Program-made: the position numbers and the translations under genes | Notes under the pieces: generated by a model | What the model was told of the DNA's origin: nothing | What the model saw: the letters and a program-made list of their open reading frames with translations, nothing else | The model's database searches: none | Part shown: positions 1 through 21,649 of the stretch, in pieces | Position numbering within the stretch: the stretch's first letter is position 1 | How the letters are laid out: each line of letters starts with the position of its first letter | Source: Chrysemys picta bellii | Lineage: Eukaryota | Reading direction: 5' to 3' | Length of the DNA stretch: 64,000 nt | Assembly (NCBI RefSeq): GCF_011386835.1 | Contig: NC_088802.1 | Span: 1,550,001 to 1,614,000, forward strand

Positions 1-3215
<3,215 letters not shown>

Positions 3216-3249
3216 CTTCCCCCGGCCCCGCCCCCTCCGGCTGCCATGA

Positions 3250-3700
3250 CAACCGCCCCACCCAATCGCAGCGCCGAGTCAGCCCGCGCCAGCCAATCAC
3301 AGCGCGCGGGAGGCGGGGCCCGAGCGAGATCAGCCAACGGGGAAGCGACTTCCGCTCCGATCTTCGGGAATGGGCGTGGCCGCGGCAGCATGGCGAGAGC
3401 GGCGCACGCGCGGAACGGGGATACTGGGGCGGCGCGCAGCACGGCGCATGCTCACAGGGCGGGAGCCTCTCCCTGCGCCTGCCTGAGTTATAGGAGCCTG
3501 AGACGCGTCTGCGTGAGTTTGGAGACAGCGACGCGCATGCGCGAAGCGGGGTGGACATGCGGCGTGTGGACAGCACTCCAAAGAGCGCATGCGTAGCTTT
3601 GAGACCCCCCCCTCCCCCAACTGCCCCCGCCAAGTCCGAGCTACGCGTGCGCAGCGGCGCACTGCCTCCTGGGACGTGTAGTTCCGGTCCCCCTTAAAGG
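3250..3700. promoter_or_regulatory. CpG-island promoter of ATF6B
   Basis: CpG-rich. CCAAT boxes at about 3261 and 3293; NRF1-type GCGCATGCGC at 3533-3542; ZNF143/SBS-type CTGGGACGTGTAGT at 3669-3682; GC boxes. Confidence 0.7.
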
Positions 3701-3919
3701 GCCAGTAGCGACTCATGCTCCAGGCCGGCTCCCAGAGGGACTCAGCCACCCCCCACCTATAGGCCAGAGCCGGTGGGTGAGGTCACATCCTTCTGTGATG
3801 TCATCAACATTCCATATGCTGACATCACCACCCTCCCTCTGTGACATCACACTATGCCAACAGCACAAGCAGTGATGTCATAAGGCTGCATGACATCATC
3901 AGTTCACCCCCTCGAGGGA

Positions 3920-4550
3920 ACATGCCCCTGCCCCATTCCCCGCCCCCCTGAGCCAGCCAATCCCTGTCCTGGGGCCGGATGGGAGCCGGCGCCCCCTAGA
4001 GGGGACAGGCCCCTGCCCCGCTGAGCCAGCCAGTCCCTGCCCTGGGGCCAGATGGGAACCGACGCCCCCTAGATGGGACAGGTCCTGTGCCCCACTCCCC
4101 GTCCCCCTGAGCCAGCCAGTCCCTGCCCTGGGGCCGAGTGGGAGCCGGCGCCCCCTAGAGGGGACAGGTCCTGTGCCCCATTCCCCGCCCCCCTGAGCCA
4201 GCCAGTCCCTGCCCTGGGGCCAGATGGGAACCAACACCCCCTAGATGGGACAGGCCCCTGCCCCATTCCCCATTCCCCATCCCCCTGAGCCAGCCAGTCC
4301 CTGCCCTGGGGCCAGATGGGAACCGACACCCCCTAGATGGGACAGGCCCCCGCCCCGCTGAGCCAGCCAGTCCCTGCCCTGGGGCCAGATGGGAACCGAC
4401 GCCCCCTAGATGGGACAGGCCCCTGCCCCATTCCCCATCCCCCTGAGCCAGCCAGTCCCTGCCCTGGGGCCGGGTGGGAACCGATGCCCCCTAGAGGGGA
4501 CAGGTCCCATGCCCCATTTCCCACCCCCCTGAGCCAGCCAGTCCCCCAGC
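3920..4550. repeat. About 86-bp tandem repeat family C (cgccccctagaggggacagg)
   Basis: About 7 copies; same family as 11590-11890. Confidence 0.88.
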
Positions 4551-4740
4551 AGCTCCAATCCAACAAGAACCCCTCACTTGGCGCTTTTGCACAGTGGCCT
4601 CTGAAACCTATTTATTCTGAATTCCTTTTTGGGTTACAGTGGGGTCGGGGGGGTCGGTGTCTCGGGTCCGTCCGCTGCCCACGACTCTGGGAGTTGCCAG
4701 ATGAACCGTCATTCGCCCCTCGCCAACCCCACTGTGAGCC

Positions 4741-6461
4741 TCAGGAGGGCCGTCCCGGTGCCCCCCGTTCTGCTGGGACCTGGGGAGTGCACCCCAGGGG
4801 GACAGAGTCCAACGGAGCCACCACTGGCCGAGGGGTTACATCTTTCTTGTCACCTATGGGGGGAAGAAAGAGGGGTACCTAGAGAGTTACTTGGGGTGTT
4901 AACAGGCACCCCCAAAATCCACTGTACTCCCAACATTGTCCCTGACAGTCTCCCAGTGGGATGTGCTCTCCCAATATATTGGGGGGGGCCAGAAATCACT
5001 GATATATTGTGGGGTGTGCTAGGAGGTAGCACCTTGAAGCAGTGAAAGTTTTGGGGTGCACACAAAGAGCAGAACAGAGGAGTTTCAGGATGGTAGAACG
5101 GAGGTGATTTCCAGATATGGCAGGATATGAGGGACCTAGAGGGATTGCATTTTGCAAAGATGTGGAGTGATTTTGGGGTGCAGAATTGGGAACCCCAGAG
5201 ATTAGGAGGCATTTTGTGGTGCAGGGAGACCAAAAATCAGGGTACACAAGAGTGGGAAACCCTAACAAAGATCTGGATGGTGTAGGTCAGTTTGAGGGTT
5301 TGGAACAAGAGACTCCCCCAAATGATGGAAAGATTTGGGGATACCGAATAGATGCAGAACAGGTCAGTGGGCCCCAGAAAGATGTTAAAGGATTCTGGGG
5401 TACAGCTTCAGTTTTGAGGTGTAGAAGAGGGAGAATCTCTACAAAGAGATCTGAAATTTGGGGGGAGGGGGGTAGAATCAGGAAGACACTTTATGAATAT
5501 AGAGAATTTTGGAGGTTCGGAAAAGGGGGAATCTCTGCCCATAGATAGGAGACTTTGGGGGTGGACAAAGGGGCCCTCACAAAATCAGGGAGGGATTGGG
5601 AACAAAATGGGTGAAAACTGGGGTGCAGGACAAGGTGAAGGCCAAATTAGGGGTACAGAACAGCTACATATTGGAAGTGTAGATCAGGGAGTTTTGGGGG
5701 TGAGCTGTAGGGAGGTGGGGGAGATTGGGGGGGGACTCAGGGTCCAGCCAGTGGGGTGCACTCTCTTGTTTAGGTAGGGGTGCTACATAAACGGGTGCCC
5801 TGTGAGTGTATTATGGGTGAACTGGGGTGCTGGAAAAGGGGGTTCAGCATTAGAATGGGGGAGTTTGGGGTGCTGATAATGGTGTGATCCAGTGAGGGAA
5901 TTCAGGACCATTTGGGGGCATGAACTGGGGACCCCAAGAGTTGGGGTGTACCGACAAGAGGGCATAGGAGTTAGGGGGTACAGGCATAGAGGGGCAGCTT
6001 CCTGGGGACGGAGGAGGGGATTTTAGGGTGCAGAACTGGGGATCCTTCGAGGGCAGACTGGGAAGCTTTGGGGTGCAGTTCACAGGGGTGGGGCACCCCA
6101 CAGGGACTCAGATTGCTTCCAAGGGGGCTGCGTGGGGACAGGGGCCCACCAGCAAAGAAAGGGGGTGCACTTACCTAGGTCCTTGCGCCGGCTGGGGGGC
6201 AGGGGCGCCCCAGGGTCGTCCCGACGCAGAGCCGAGGCGATTTGCCGCCCCACATAGCGGCAAGCTGCTGGGAGAGAGACGGGGGCTCATTGAGGGGTGA
6301 TCTGGGGGCGCAGTGCACCCCCTTTTCCATCCCCCCGGATCCCTACTCGCCAGCACCCCCCAGACCCTGCCTAGTGCCCCCCGGGCCCCCCTTCCCACCA
6401 CCCCGCAGCTTTCCCGGGGCCCCCGGGCCCCCCACTCACCCCCAATGACCAGTCAGACCAT
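4741..6461 (-). CDS. Putative small three-exon gene (75 codons, in-frame TGA at codon 3); coding status uncertain
   Basis: Exons 6461-6440 (donor gtgagt), 6267-6175 (acceptor ctctctcccag, donor gtaagt) and 4853-4741 (acceptor ttccccccatag) join in one frame: MV*LVIGAACRYVGRQIASALRRDDPGAPLPPSRRKDLGDKKDVTPRPVVAPLDSVPLGCTPQVPAERGAPGRPS-stop. AATAAA on the minus strand at 4616-4611. Confidence 0.45.
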
Positions 6462-6469
6462 GCCGGACC

Positions 6470-6560
6470 CAGCTGGGCGCTGACGTAAGCGGCATGGAAA
6501 TAAAGCGGGAGGGGGAGGGGGAGGGAGAGCAGGGGATTCTGGGAAATGTAGTCTTCAATG
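6470..6560. promoter_or_regulatory. Promoter-like motif cluster upstream of the small minus-strand gene
   Basis: CRE-like TGACGTAA at 6481-6488 and ZNF143/SBS CTGGGAAATGTAGT at 6539-6552. Confidence 0.5.
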
Positions 6561-7079
6561 CTGCCCCCTCTGCTAGCCCCCCCCCGACACCTGGGTTCAT
6601 AACCCCCCCTCCCCCTCGCGAGTGTGGATCAAGGGGTGAACTAATGAATACTTAACCCTGTCTCTCCTGGATGCCTGGGTTCGCACCCCTCCCTCGCCCT
6701 GAATTAGGGGGTACAGAGCCCCCTAAAAAACTCCATCTTCCCTGGACACCTGGGTTCACACTCCTGAATTAGGGGTACGGTCTCCCCTCCCTTTACCCCA
6801 TCTTTCCCTGGCCCCCGGGGGGGGTTCTCACTCCTGCTTCCCCTCCCCCTGGTCCCGCACAGGTGGGGTACGATCTACCCCCCAATCCCAGCACCCCAGG
6901 ACCCACCCTCCCTATCCCCCCATTCCTGCCCTCCCCCACCCCTGAATCCCCCCCTCTTCCCCATCCCTCCCAACAGCCCCTTCTTCCCCATCCACATCTG
7001 CACCCCCTTTGCCCCCCTCAATCTTGGGGTGCGTCCCCGATCTCCCCAGCTGCAACCTAGCCCCCCCCACGCAGGGTCA

Positions 7080-7411
7080 GCCACCGGCAGCCATCTTGTT
7101 TGGCCAACCCCAGTGCCCAGGGGCAGAGGGATTTGGGGGGGAGACCCCCCCCCCAGCGCCCCCAATCGTTTGCTGCTTCTTAACACACTGATGGAGCCCG
7201 GGGTCCCAGCCCCCTTTCCCTTGTGGGGGGCAGGGAGGGTCTGGGCCTGGCCCCTCCCCACACGGCTCAGCCTGGCTAATCGAGGCAGGCTGCGGCCTAG
7301 CGGGGCCGCCCCCAGGAAGTGATGCAAAGACAAGGGGGGGCGGCGGGGGGAAGCCGGAGGAGCGGGGCCAGAGCGCAGCTGGATCCCCCCAGTCTGCGCC
7401 CCCCGCCTGGG
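7080..7411 (+). promoter_or_regulatory. Probable FKBPL promoter and non-coding first exon
   Basis: YY1-type GCCATCTT at about 7090, GC box, ETS CAGGAAGT at about 7314, splice donor gtgagg at 7412. Downstream acceptor ttcacag ends at 8180, ahead of the ATG at 8275. Confidence 0.5.
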
Positions 7412-7479
7412 GTGAGGGGGGGGCCAAGGGGGCACAGCTGGGCAGGGAGGAGCGAGGGAGCAGGGCAGAGACAGACAGC

Positions 7480-8150
7480 ACAGCCCGAGCGGGGGAGGGA
7501 GCCAGGACTCCTGGGTTCTCTGTGTGGGGGCTGGGAGCCAGGACGCCTGGGTTCTCTTGAGGGGGGAGGGCTTGGAGCCAGGACTTCTGGGTTTTCTCGA
7601 GGGGAGGGGCTAGGAGCCCAGATGCCTGGATTCTTGGGGCGGGGGGTGGTCTAGCAGATTAGGGGAGGGGGCTGGGAGCCAGAACACCTGGGTTCTCCGG
7701 CTGGGGGTCTAGTGGTTTACTGGGCGGGGCTGGGAACCAGGACTCCTGGGTTCTCTTGAGGGGGGAGGGCTTGGAGCCAGGACTCCTGGGTTCTTTTAGG
7801 GGGGATCTACTGGGTTAGAGGGGGGGCTGGGAGCCCGGATGCCTGGGTTGTCGTGGGGGATGGGGGGGTGTCTAGCAGATTAGGGGAGGGGGCTGGGAGC
7901 CAGGATGCCTGAGTTTTCTTGGGCGGGGAGATGGGAGCCGGTCTCCTAGGTTCTTTGGGGGGAGTGGTCTAGTGGATTAGTGAGGGGACTGGGAGACAGG
8001 ACGCCCAGGTTCTCTTGAGGGGGGAGGGCTGGGAGCCAGGACTCCTGGGTTCTCTTGGGGGCGGCTGGGAGCCAGAACACCTGGGTTCTTGGGGTGGGGG
8101 TCTAGTGGTTTACTGGGGGGGCTGGGAGCCAGGACTCCTGGGTTCTTTCT
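7480..8150. repeat. Minisatellite family B (gggctgggagccaggactcctgggttctct) in the FKBPL intron
   Basis: Degenerate tandem copies. The same family recurs at about 35140-35480, 42160-42470, 43380-44110, 53090-53540, 55950-56200, 56580-57540 and 60060-60330. Confidence 0.88.
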
Positions 8151-8274
8151 GATCCGTTTCCCCTGCCCTCTGGTTCACAGGAGCTGCCCGTCCCTGAACC
8201 CCCCAACCCTGCCTGGCTTCACCTCTTGGGGGTGCCAAGCCAGACCCCCGCACTCCCTGCTTGGCCAAGGGCAG

Positions 8275-9195
8275 ATGGAGGCACCGGCAGTAGCCAATGG
8301 GAAGGCAGAGGGCAGCGGAGCAGCCAATGGGATGAGTGGTGCCAGCAGAGGCGCTGAGCCCCAGGGCGCGGGGCCAGAAGAGGACCAGAGAGAGAACCTG
8401 CAGGCGCCCAGTCAGCCAGCGGACGCCTGGGTGGCACCGGACGGCGCCTTCGCCAAGCAGATCCTGCAGCCGGGCGCGGGACTGGACAAGCCGACGCTGG
8501 GCGCCCTGTGCCAGGTCTTCCTGGAGGCGCCGCCGGGGGCACCCCTGGGGTACCCAGCCAACCGCTGGGCCCAGCTGGAGCTGGGGGAGGGGGACGGCGC
8601 CTGGGACGGCCTGGTGGACGCTTGCCTGGAGACCATGGGGCCGGGGGAGCGGGCCGAGCTGCGGGGCCCGGACGGGGCCGTCCTGGGGCTGCACCTGGCC
8701 TCCTTCACCCCGGCCCCGGAGCCCTGGCAGCTGGACCCAGCGGAGAAGTGGGCACTGGCCCTGCGGCACAAGGAGCGCGGCTCGGAGCGCTACCGGGCTG
8801 GCGAGGTGGGGGCGGCCGCCCGGCGCTATGCCCGGGCCCTGCAGCTGGCCATCGCCGCCGGCCCGGTGCCCCTGGACCCAGAGCACGCCCGCCTTCGGGC
8901 CGACCTGCACGCCAACCTGGCCGCCTGCCAGCTGCGGCTCACCCAGCCAGCCCACGCCGCCCGCAACTGCACCAAGGCGCTGGCGCTGTGGCCCCAACAC
9001 GCCAAGGCCCGGTACCGCCGCGGCCTGGCCCGCGCCGCCATGAACGACCTGGAGGGGGCGGCCGAGGATTTCCGGGGGGTGCTGGTGGCTGAGCCGGGGA
9101 ACACGGCCGCCCGCAGGGAGCTGGACAGGGTGGGGCAGCGGGCGCGGGAGCGGGACGCCCGCCTGGCTCGGGCCATGAGCAAGCTCTTCTCCTGA
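8275..9195 (+). CDS. FKBPL: FK506-binding protein-like (degenerate FKBP domain plus TPR repeats), single coding exon, 306 aa
   Basis: MEAPAVANGK...LVDACLETMGPGERAEL...KERGSERYRAGEVGAAARRYARAL...LHANLAACQL...KARYRRGLARAAMNDLEGAAEDFRGVLVAEPGNTAARREL...SKLFS. TPR motifs, adjacency to ATF6B, AATAAA at 9350-9355. Confidence 0.93.
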   Translation: MEAPAVANGKAEGSGAANGMSGASRGAEPQGAGPEEDQRENLQAPSQPADAWVAPDGAFAKQILQPGAGLDKPTLGALCQVFLEAPPGAPLGYPANRWAQLELGEGDGAWDGLVDACLETMGPGERAELRGPDGAVLGLHLASFTPAPEPWQLDPAEKWALALRHKERGSERYRAGEVGAAARRYARALQLAIAAGPVPLDPEHARLRADLHANLAACQLRLTQPAHAARNCTKALALWPQHAKARYRRGLARAAMNDLEGAAEDFRGVLVAEPGNTAARRELDRVGQRARERDARLARAMSKLFS

Positions 9196-10029
9196 GCGCG
9201 GCAGGGACAGAGCCTGGACCCTGCATGTGGGGTGGGGCAGGGGGCCCTTCCCCTCTATGGGGCGCCGGCTCCCATCCGGCCCCAGGGCGGGGACTGGCTG
9301 GCTTGGGGGGGGAATGGGGCCCGGGCCCACAATAATTGTCAGTTTCGATAATAAAATTAATTTCTTAAAATACAAAGAAATCTTGTTGTTGAAACAAGAA
9401 AATCACGAAGTTGGGAGCAGGTCAAAGGTTGTGGTCCGGCCGTTCCGATTGGCTGCCGGTTGGACAGCGGGATGTGCCGGGGTCAGGGGGCAGCGCCCTG
9501 GGGTCAGAGGTCACTGGGAGTTGAGGCCTTTTCCTGCTTGCTCGCACCCAGGTCGAAGGCCTGAGGCCTCAGGTGCCATTTTGGGTCAAAGGTCATCAGT
9601 CCGGGCTAGTTGGCCAATCCCTGGTGGGGTTGGGTCAAAGGTCAAGTGTGGACGGAACCAAAGAAAAGTGGCACGTGTAGGGTCAAAGGTCACAGGAAGT
9701 GGCCAGGTCCATTGGTTGTGCTCTGGGTGGCCTGGGTCCAAGGGCAGGTGCTGAGGAGGGAGCCAATCAGGCTGTCAGGTCAGAGGTCATGGACACTGGC
9801 TGACACTCCAACTTCAGCTCCGTGGGAAGGTCACAGGCACCGTTACCGTGGCCGGGTCAGAGGGCAGAGGTCACGGAGGGATGCTGGCAGGCAGCAGGGC
9901 TCCATCTGCAGCCCCCAGCCGCTGCGCCGGTTAATGGGGCCTGTCCCAGGGCATGGGGGGCCCCGCGTGGGCCAGGCGGCGGGAGGTGCAGCAGGCCCCA
10001 AATCCACCTCGGAGCCCTTCACCCACGCC

Positions 10030-11110
10030 TGGGAGAGCGCCCCTCACTCCCGACCCGCAGCCCCGGCCAGCCTAGCCCTGCCGGTGCCCCTCACTCCCGA
10101 CCCGCAGCCCCGGTCAGCCCAGCCCTGCCGGTGCCCCTCACTCCCGACCCGCAGCCCCGGTCAGCCCTGCCGGTGCCCCTCACTCCCCACCCGCAGCCCC
10201 GGTCAGCCCTGCCGGTGCCCCTCACTCCCGACCCGCAGCCCCTGCCAGCCCAGCCCTGGGCCCCCCCCAGCCCTGCCGATGCCCCTCACTCCCGACCCGC
10301 AGCCCCGGTCAGCCCTGCCCCCCCCAGCCCTGCCGGTGCCCCTCACTCCCGACCCGCAGCCCCGGTCAGCCCAGCCCTGCCGGTGCCCCTCACTCCCGAC
10401 CCGCAGCCCCGGCCAGCCCAGCCCTGCCGGTGCCCCTCACTCCCGACCCGCAGCCCCGGTCAGCCCTGCCGGTGCCCCTCACTCCCGACCCGCAGCCCCT
10501 GCCAGCCCAGCCCTGGGCCCCCCCCAGCCCTGCCGATGCCCCTCACTCCCGACCCGCAGCCCCGGTCAGCCCTGCCCCCCCCAGCCCTGCCGGTGCCCCT
10601 CACTCCCGACCCGCAGCCCCTGCCAGCCCAGCCCTGGGCCCCCCCCCAGCCCTGCCGATGCCCCTCACTCCCGACCCGCAGCCCCGGTCAGCCCTGCCCC
10701 CCCCAGCCCTGCCGGTGCCCCTCACTCCCGACCCGCAGCCCCGGCCAGCCCAGCCCTGCCGGTGCCCCTCACTCCCGACCCGCAGCCCCGGTCAGCCCTG
10801 CCCCCCCCAGCCCTGCCGATGCCCCTCACTCCCGACCCGCAGCCCCTGCCAGCCCAGCCCTGCCCCCCAGCTCTGCCGGTGCCCCTCACTCCTGACCCAC
10901 AGCCCCCGCCAGCCCGGCCCTGCCCCCCCCCAGCTCTGCCGGTGCCCCTCACTCCCGACCCGCAGCCCCAGCCCAGCCCTGCCCCCCACAGCTCTGCCGG
11001 TGCCCCTCACTCCCGACCCGCAGCCCCTGCTAGCCCAGCCCTGCCCCCCCCCAGCTCTGCCGGTGCCCCTCACTCCCGACCTGCAGCCCTTGCCAGACCA
11101 GCCCTGCCCC
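10030..11110. repeat. Minisatellite family A array
   Basis: Many tandem copies of ccctgccggtgcccctcactcccgacccgcagcccc. Confidence 0.92.
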
Positions 11111-11589
11111 CCCCAACTCTGCTTGTCTGTGACAAGTCCCCACCCCCCAGCTGCCTCCCCCTCCCTGGCCCTACATGCCGGGAGCCATCACATGGTCCCT
11201 CCATCCTGCCGCAGCCAGGCAACCGTCACCATGGATACATCAAAGCTCCAGGATGCTGGGGGTGGATGGGGGCCCTACAGGGACACAGAGAAGGGAACTG
11301 AGGGAGGGGGAGGGGGACTCGGGATGGGGGGCTGGGGGAGGTATCCGGGAGCCAGGGAGGGAAAGCGGGGGTGGGGGACATGGGGGCAGACGGAGCTGCT
11401 CAGGGACTGGGGGAGCAGCGAGGTGGGTCAATGGGGCTGGGGGAGGGATATCGGGGCCGGAGGGGGGCGACGGGGTGGGGAACAGGGGGGCAGCACTACG
11501 GGCTTCAATATTTCCTTCTGTCACCTGTGTAACACCCCCCACCCACTGCCCCACTCCCCCAGCCAGCCCCCTTCCACCAGGCCGGGGGG

Positions 11590-11890
11590 CAGCCAGCGCC
11601 CCCTAGAGGGGACAGGCCCCTGCCCCATTCCCTGCCCCCCTGAGCCAGCCAGTCCCTGCCCTGGGGCCGGGTGGGAGCCGGCGCCCCCTAGAGGGGACAG
11701 GACCCGGCCCCATTCCCTGCCCCCCTGAGCCAGCCAGTCCCTGCCCTGGGGCCGGGTGGGAGCCGGCGCCCCCTAGAGGGGACAGGACCCGGCCCCATTC
11801 CCCACCCCCCTGAGCCAGCCAGTCCCTGCCCTGGGGCCGGGTGGGAGCCGACGCCCCCTAGAGGGGACAGGCCCCTGCCCCATTCCCCGC
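11590..11890. repeat. Tandem repeat family C (4 copies)
   Basis: cgccccctagaggggacagg at about 11597, 11682, 11767 and 11852. Confidence 0.88.
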
Positions 11891-13782
11891 CCCACGCCCT
11901 GCCCCCCCGATTCCCGTGCAGCCGGTCAGGGCCAGGGACGAGGCTGGAGTCGTTATCAATAGAGATTTATTAACCCAGGTGACTTGCAAACAGGCCGACA
12001 GGAGAGGAATCGGGGGCCGGATCGCACAGGGACCAGGGCCATGTAGGGGGGCTACGATGGACCATACAAAACTGCACCCCCCCCCCGCAGCTCTGCCGGC
12101 GCCCCTCACTCCCGACCCGCAGCCCCCCACTAGCCCAGCACACCTGTCCCGTTCTGGGGTCTCTGCAAGGGATGCCCAGATGTCTAGGCTTTGGGGCAGC
12201 GTGCTGGGTGGGGGTGACTTGGGGGGACCCCAATAATGAACAGTGTCTCCCCCACCTCAGTGATTCTGCCCCCAGACTTCAAACACCCTGAACCCCAGAA
12301 ATGCAGCATTGGACCCTCAAACTTCTCCCCTCCCTGCCCCCCACCGTCCCCCTGAACCAGGAATCCCCCCATAGGGGGGCAGAGGTGGCGTCCCAGAGGG
12401 GCGGCATCACTCACTGGGGGGGGCATGAGAAAAGAGGGGTCTCATTGTGGGGGGGGCAGTGTCTTAAAGGGCCAGTGTCACAGATTTGGGGGGCTCGTGC
12501 TGGGGGTCACAGCTTAGCAAGGGGGTTATTTCATTGGTATGTACAGCTGGGGGCTCTGTGATATATTGGGGTTTGCGCTCCCCCTCCAATCTGGAGCAAA
12601 ATGTTTATGGGGGAGGAGCTAAAAGGGGAAGGGGCTGTTGGGAAGAAAGGGGGCGGAGTCTGTGCTGAAGAAGGCGGAACCAATTGGGGAGAAGCTAATT
12701 GGGGCTTTGGGGGAGCAATCAAGGCATGAAGATATTGGGGGAGGTGAGGGGGTGGAGCCTGATATGAAGGGGCGTGGTCTGATGGGGAAGCTCAGGAATA
12801 TATTTAGGGCAAGCCAGGGGGTGTGGCCTGAGCCAATGGGGCGTGGCCTAATCATGTGGGAGTGGAGTCAGACCCAGGGTTGGGGGCAGAATACGGTGCC
12901 TGCAAAGCATTGTGGGTAGTATTCCATTGGAGGGTGTGAGGCCAGAGGGCGGAGCTTGTTCCTAGGGGCCAGAGCCAGAGGTGCTGACGGGAAAATGACA
13001 GTTGCAAAGGACTATGGGAATTGCTCAGTTGGGGGGGGGGGCTGTGGGGCTGCTGAGGGGCGGAGCCAAAGATGCCAGTGGGGAGCGATGGGGGGCAATA
13101 GTTACAAAGGATCATGGGAAAGGTCCTGCTGGGCAAGGGAGATGTTGTCATGGATACAGGGGTGACTGAGGGACAGGGGCGGAGCCAGGAGAGGGTGGGG
13201 CTGCAAAGGCTCCTGGGTATCCAGCAGGGGTGGTGGCTGCAGGGGATTGTGGGTGTTGCTGGCTAGAGCAGGGCTTGCAAAGCCTCATGGGTATCCTGAG
13301 GGACAATACCTGCAGGGACTGTGGGTCTGGTGGGCGAGGTCTGCAAGGGATTGTGGGTAATGTTGGCACTGGCTGCAGGGGATTGTGGGTAATGGCATCT
13401 GCAGGGGATTATCAGACTGGTTGAGGGGTGGGGCCGGCAGTGGACATGGCCTGGTCGCTAGGTGGGGCCCCGGCTGGCAGGCAGGACAGGTGGTGGGCGG
13501 GGCAGTCGGTGGGCGGGGCCGAGGCTAGGGGTCCCAGGCCTTGTCGTGGTGCTGGGCGGGGCCCCGGTTAGCAGGCAGGGCAGGCGGTGGGTGGGGTCTG
13601 GTCGCTGGGCGGGGCCCGGTTGGCAGGCAGGGCAGGCGGTGGGCGGGGCCTGGTCACTGGGCGGGGCCCGGTTGGCAGGCAGGGCGGGGCTAGGGGTCCC
13701 AGTTGTTGTCGTGGTGCTGGGCGGGGCCCAGTTGGCAGGCAGGGCAATCGGTGGGTGGGGCCGCCAGGGGGCGGGCCCATGG

Positions 13783-21451
<7,669 letters not shown>

Positions 21452-21649
21452 CTTGCGGGGGTTGGCTCCGCTCGTCTCTTCTCCTGCGAAGCAGCCGGGC
21501 TGGGGGGGGGGGGACTAGCGGCAGCGGCTCCAGCGTCACCGCCCCCCCCCCAAACGAGCTGGTACCCGGATCCCCCCCCCCCCCAGCGCCTGAGCTGCCG
21601 AGACAGGGACCCGCCAGCCAGAGAGACGGGGCAGGAACAATCGCCCCAC

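Noticed and set aside
4578-4600. Possible 23-nt exon (tttcag|...|gtgagg), splicing on to an acceptor at 3756
   Set aside because: It lies just past the AATAAA of the terminal exon, and the simpler three-exon model explains the signals.
4854-6439. snoRNA-host explanation for the small minus-strand gene
   Set aside because: I found no C-box (RTGATGA) and D-box pair in its introns by eye. H/ACA RNAs were not excluded.
8110-9375. 421-aa antisense ORF over FKBPL
   Set aside because: Expected shadow of a GC-rich coding sequence; no independent signals.
9610-11728. 563, 357 and 432 aa ORFs
   Set aside because: They run through minisatellite family A and give repetitive low-complexity products.
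3920-11890. Family C arrays as recombination substrate for an FKBPL inversion
   Set aside because: Both arrays have the same orientation; homology-driven inversion needs inverted copies.
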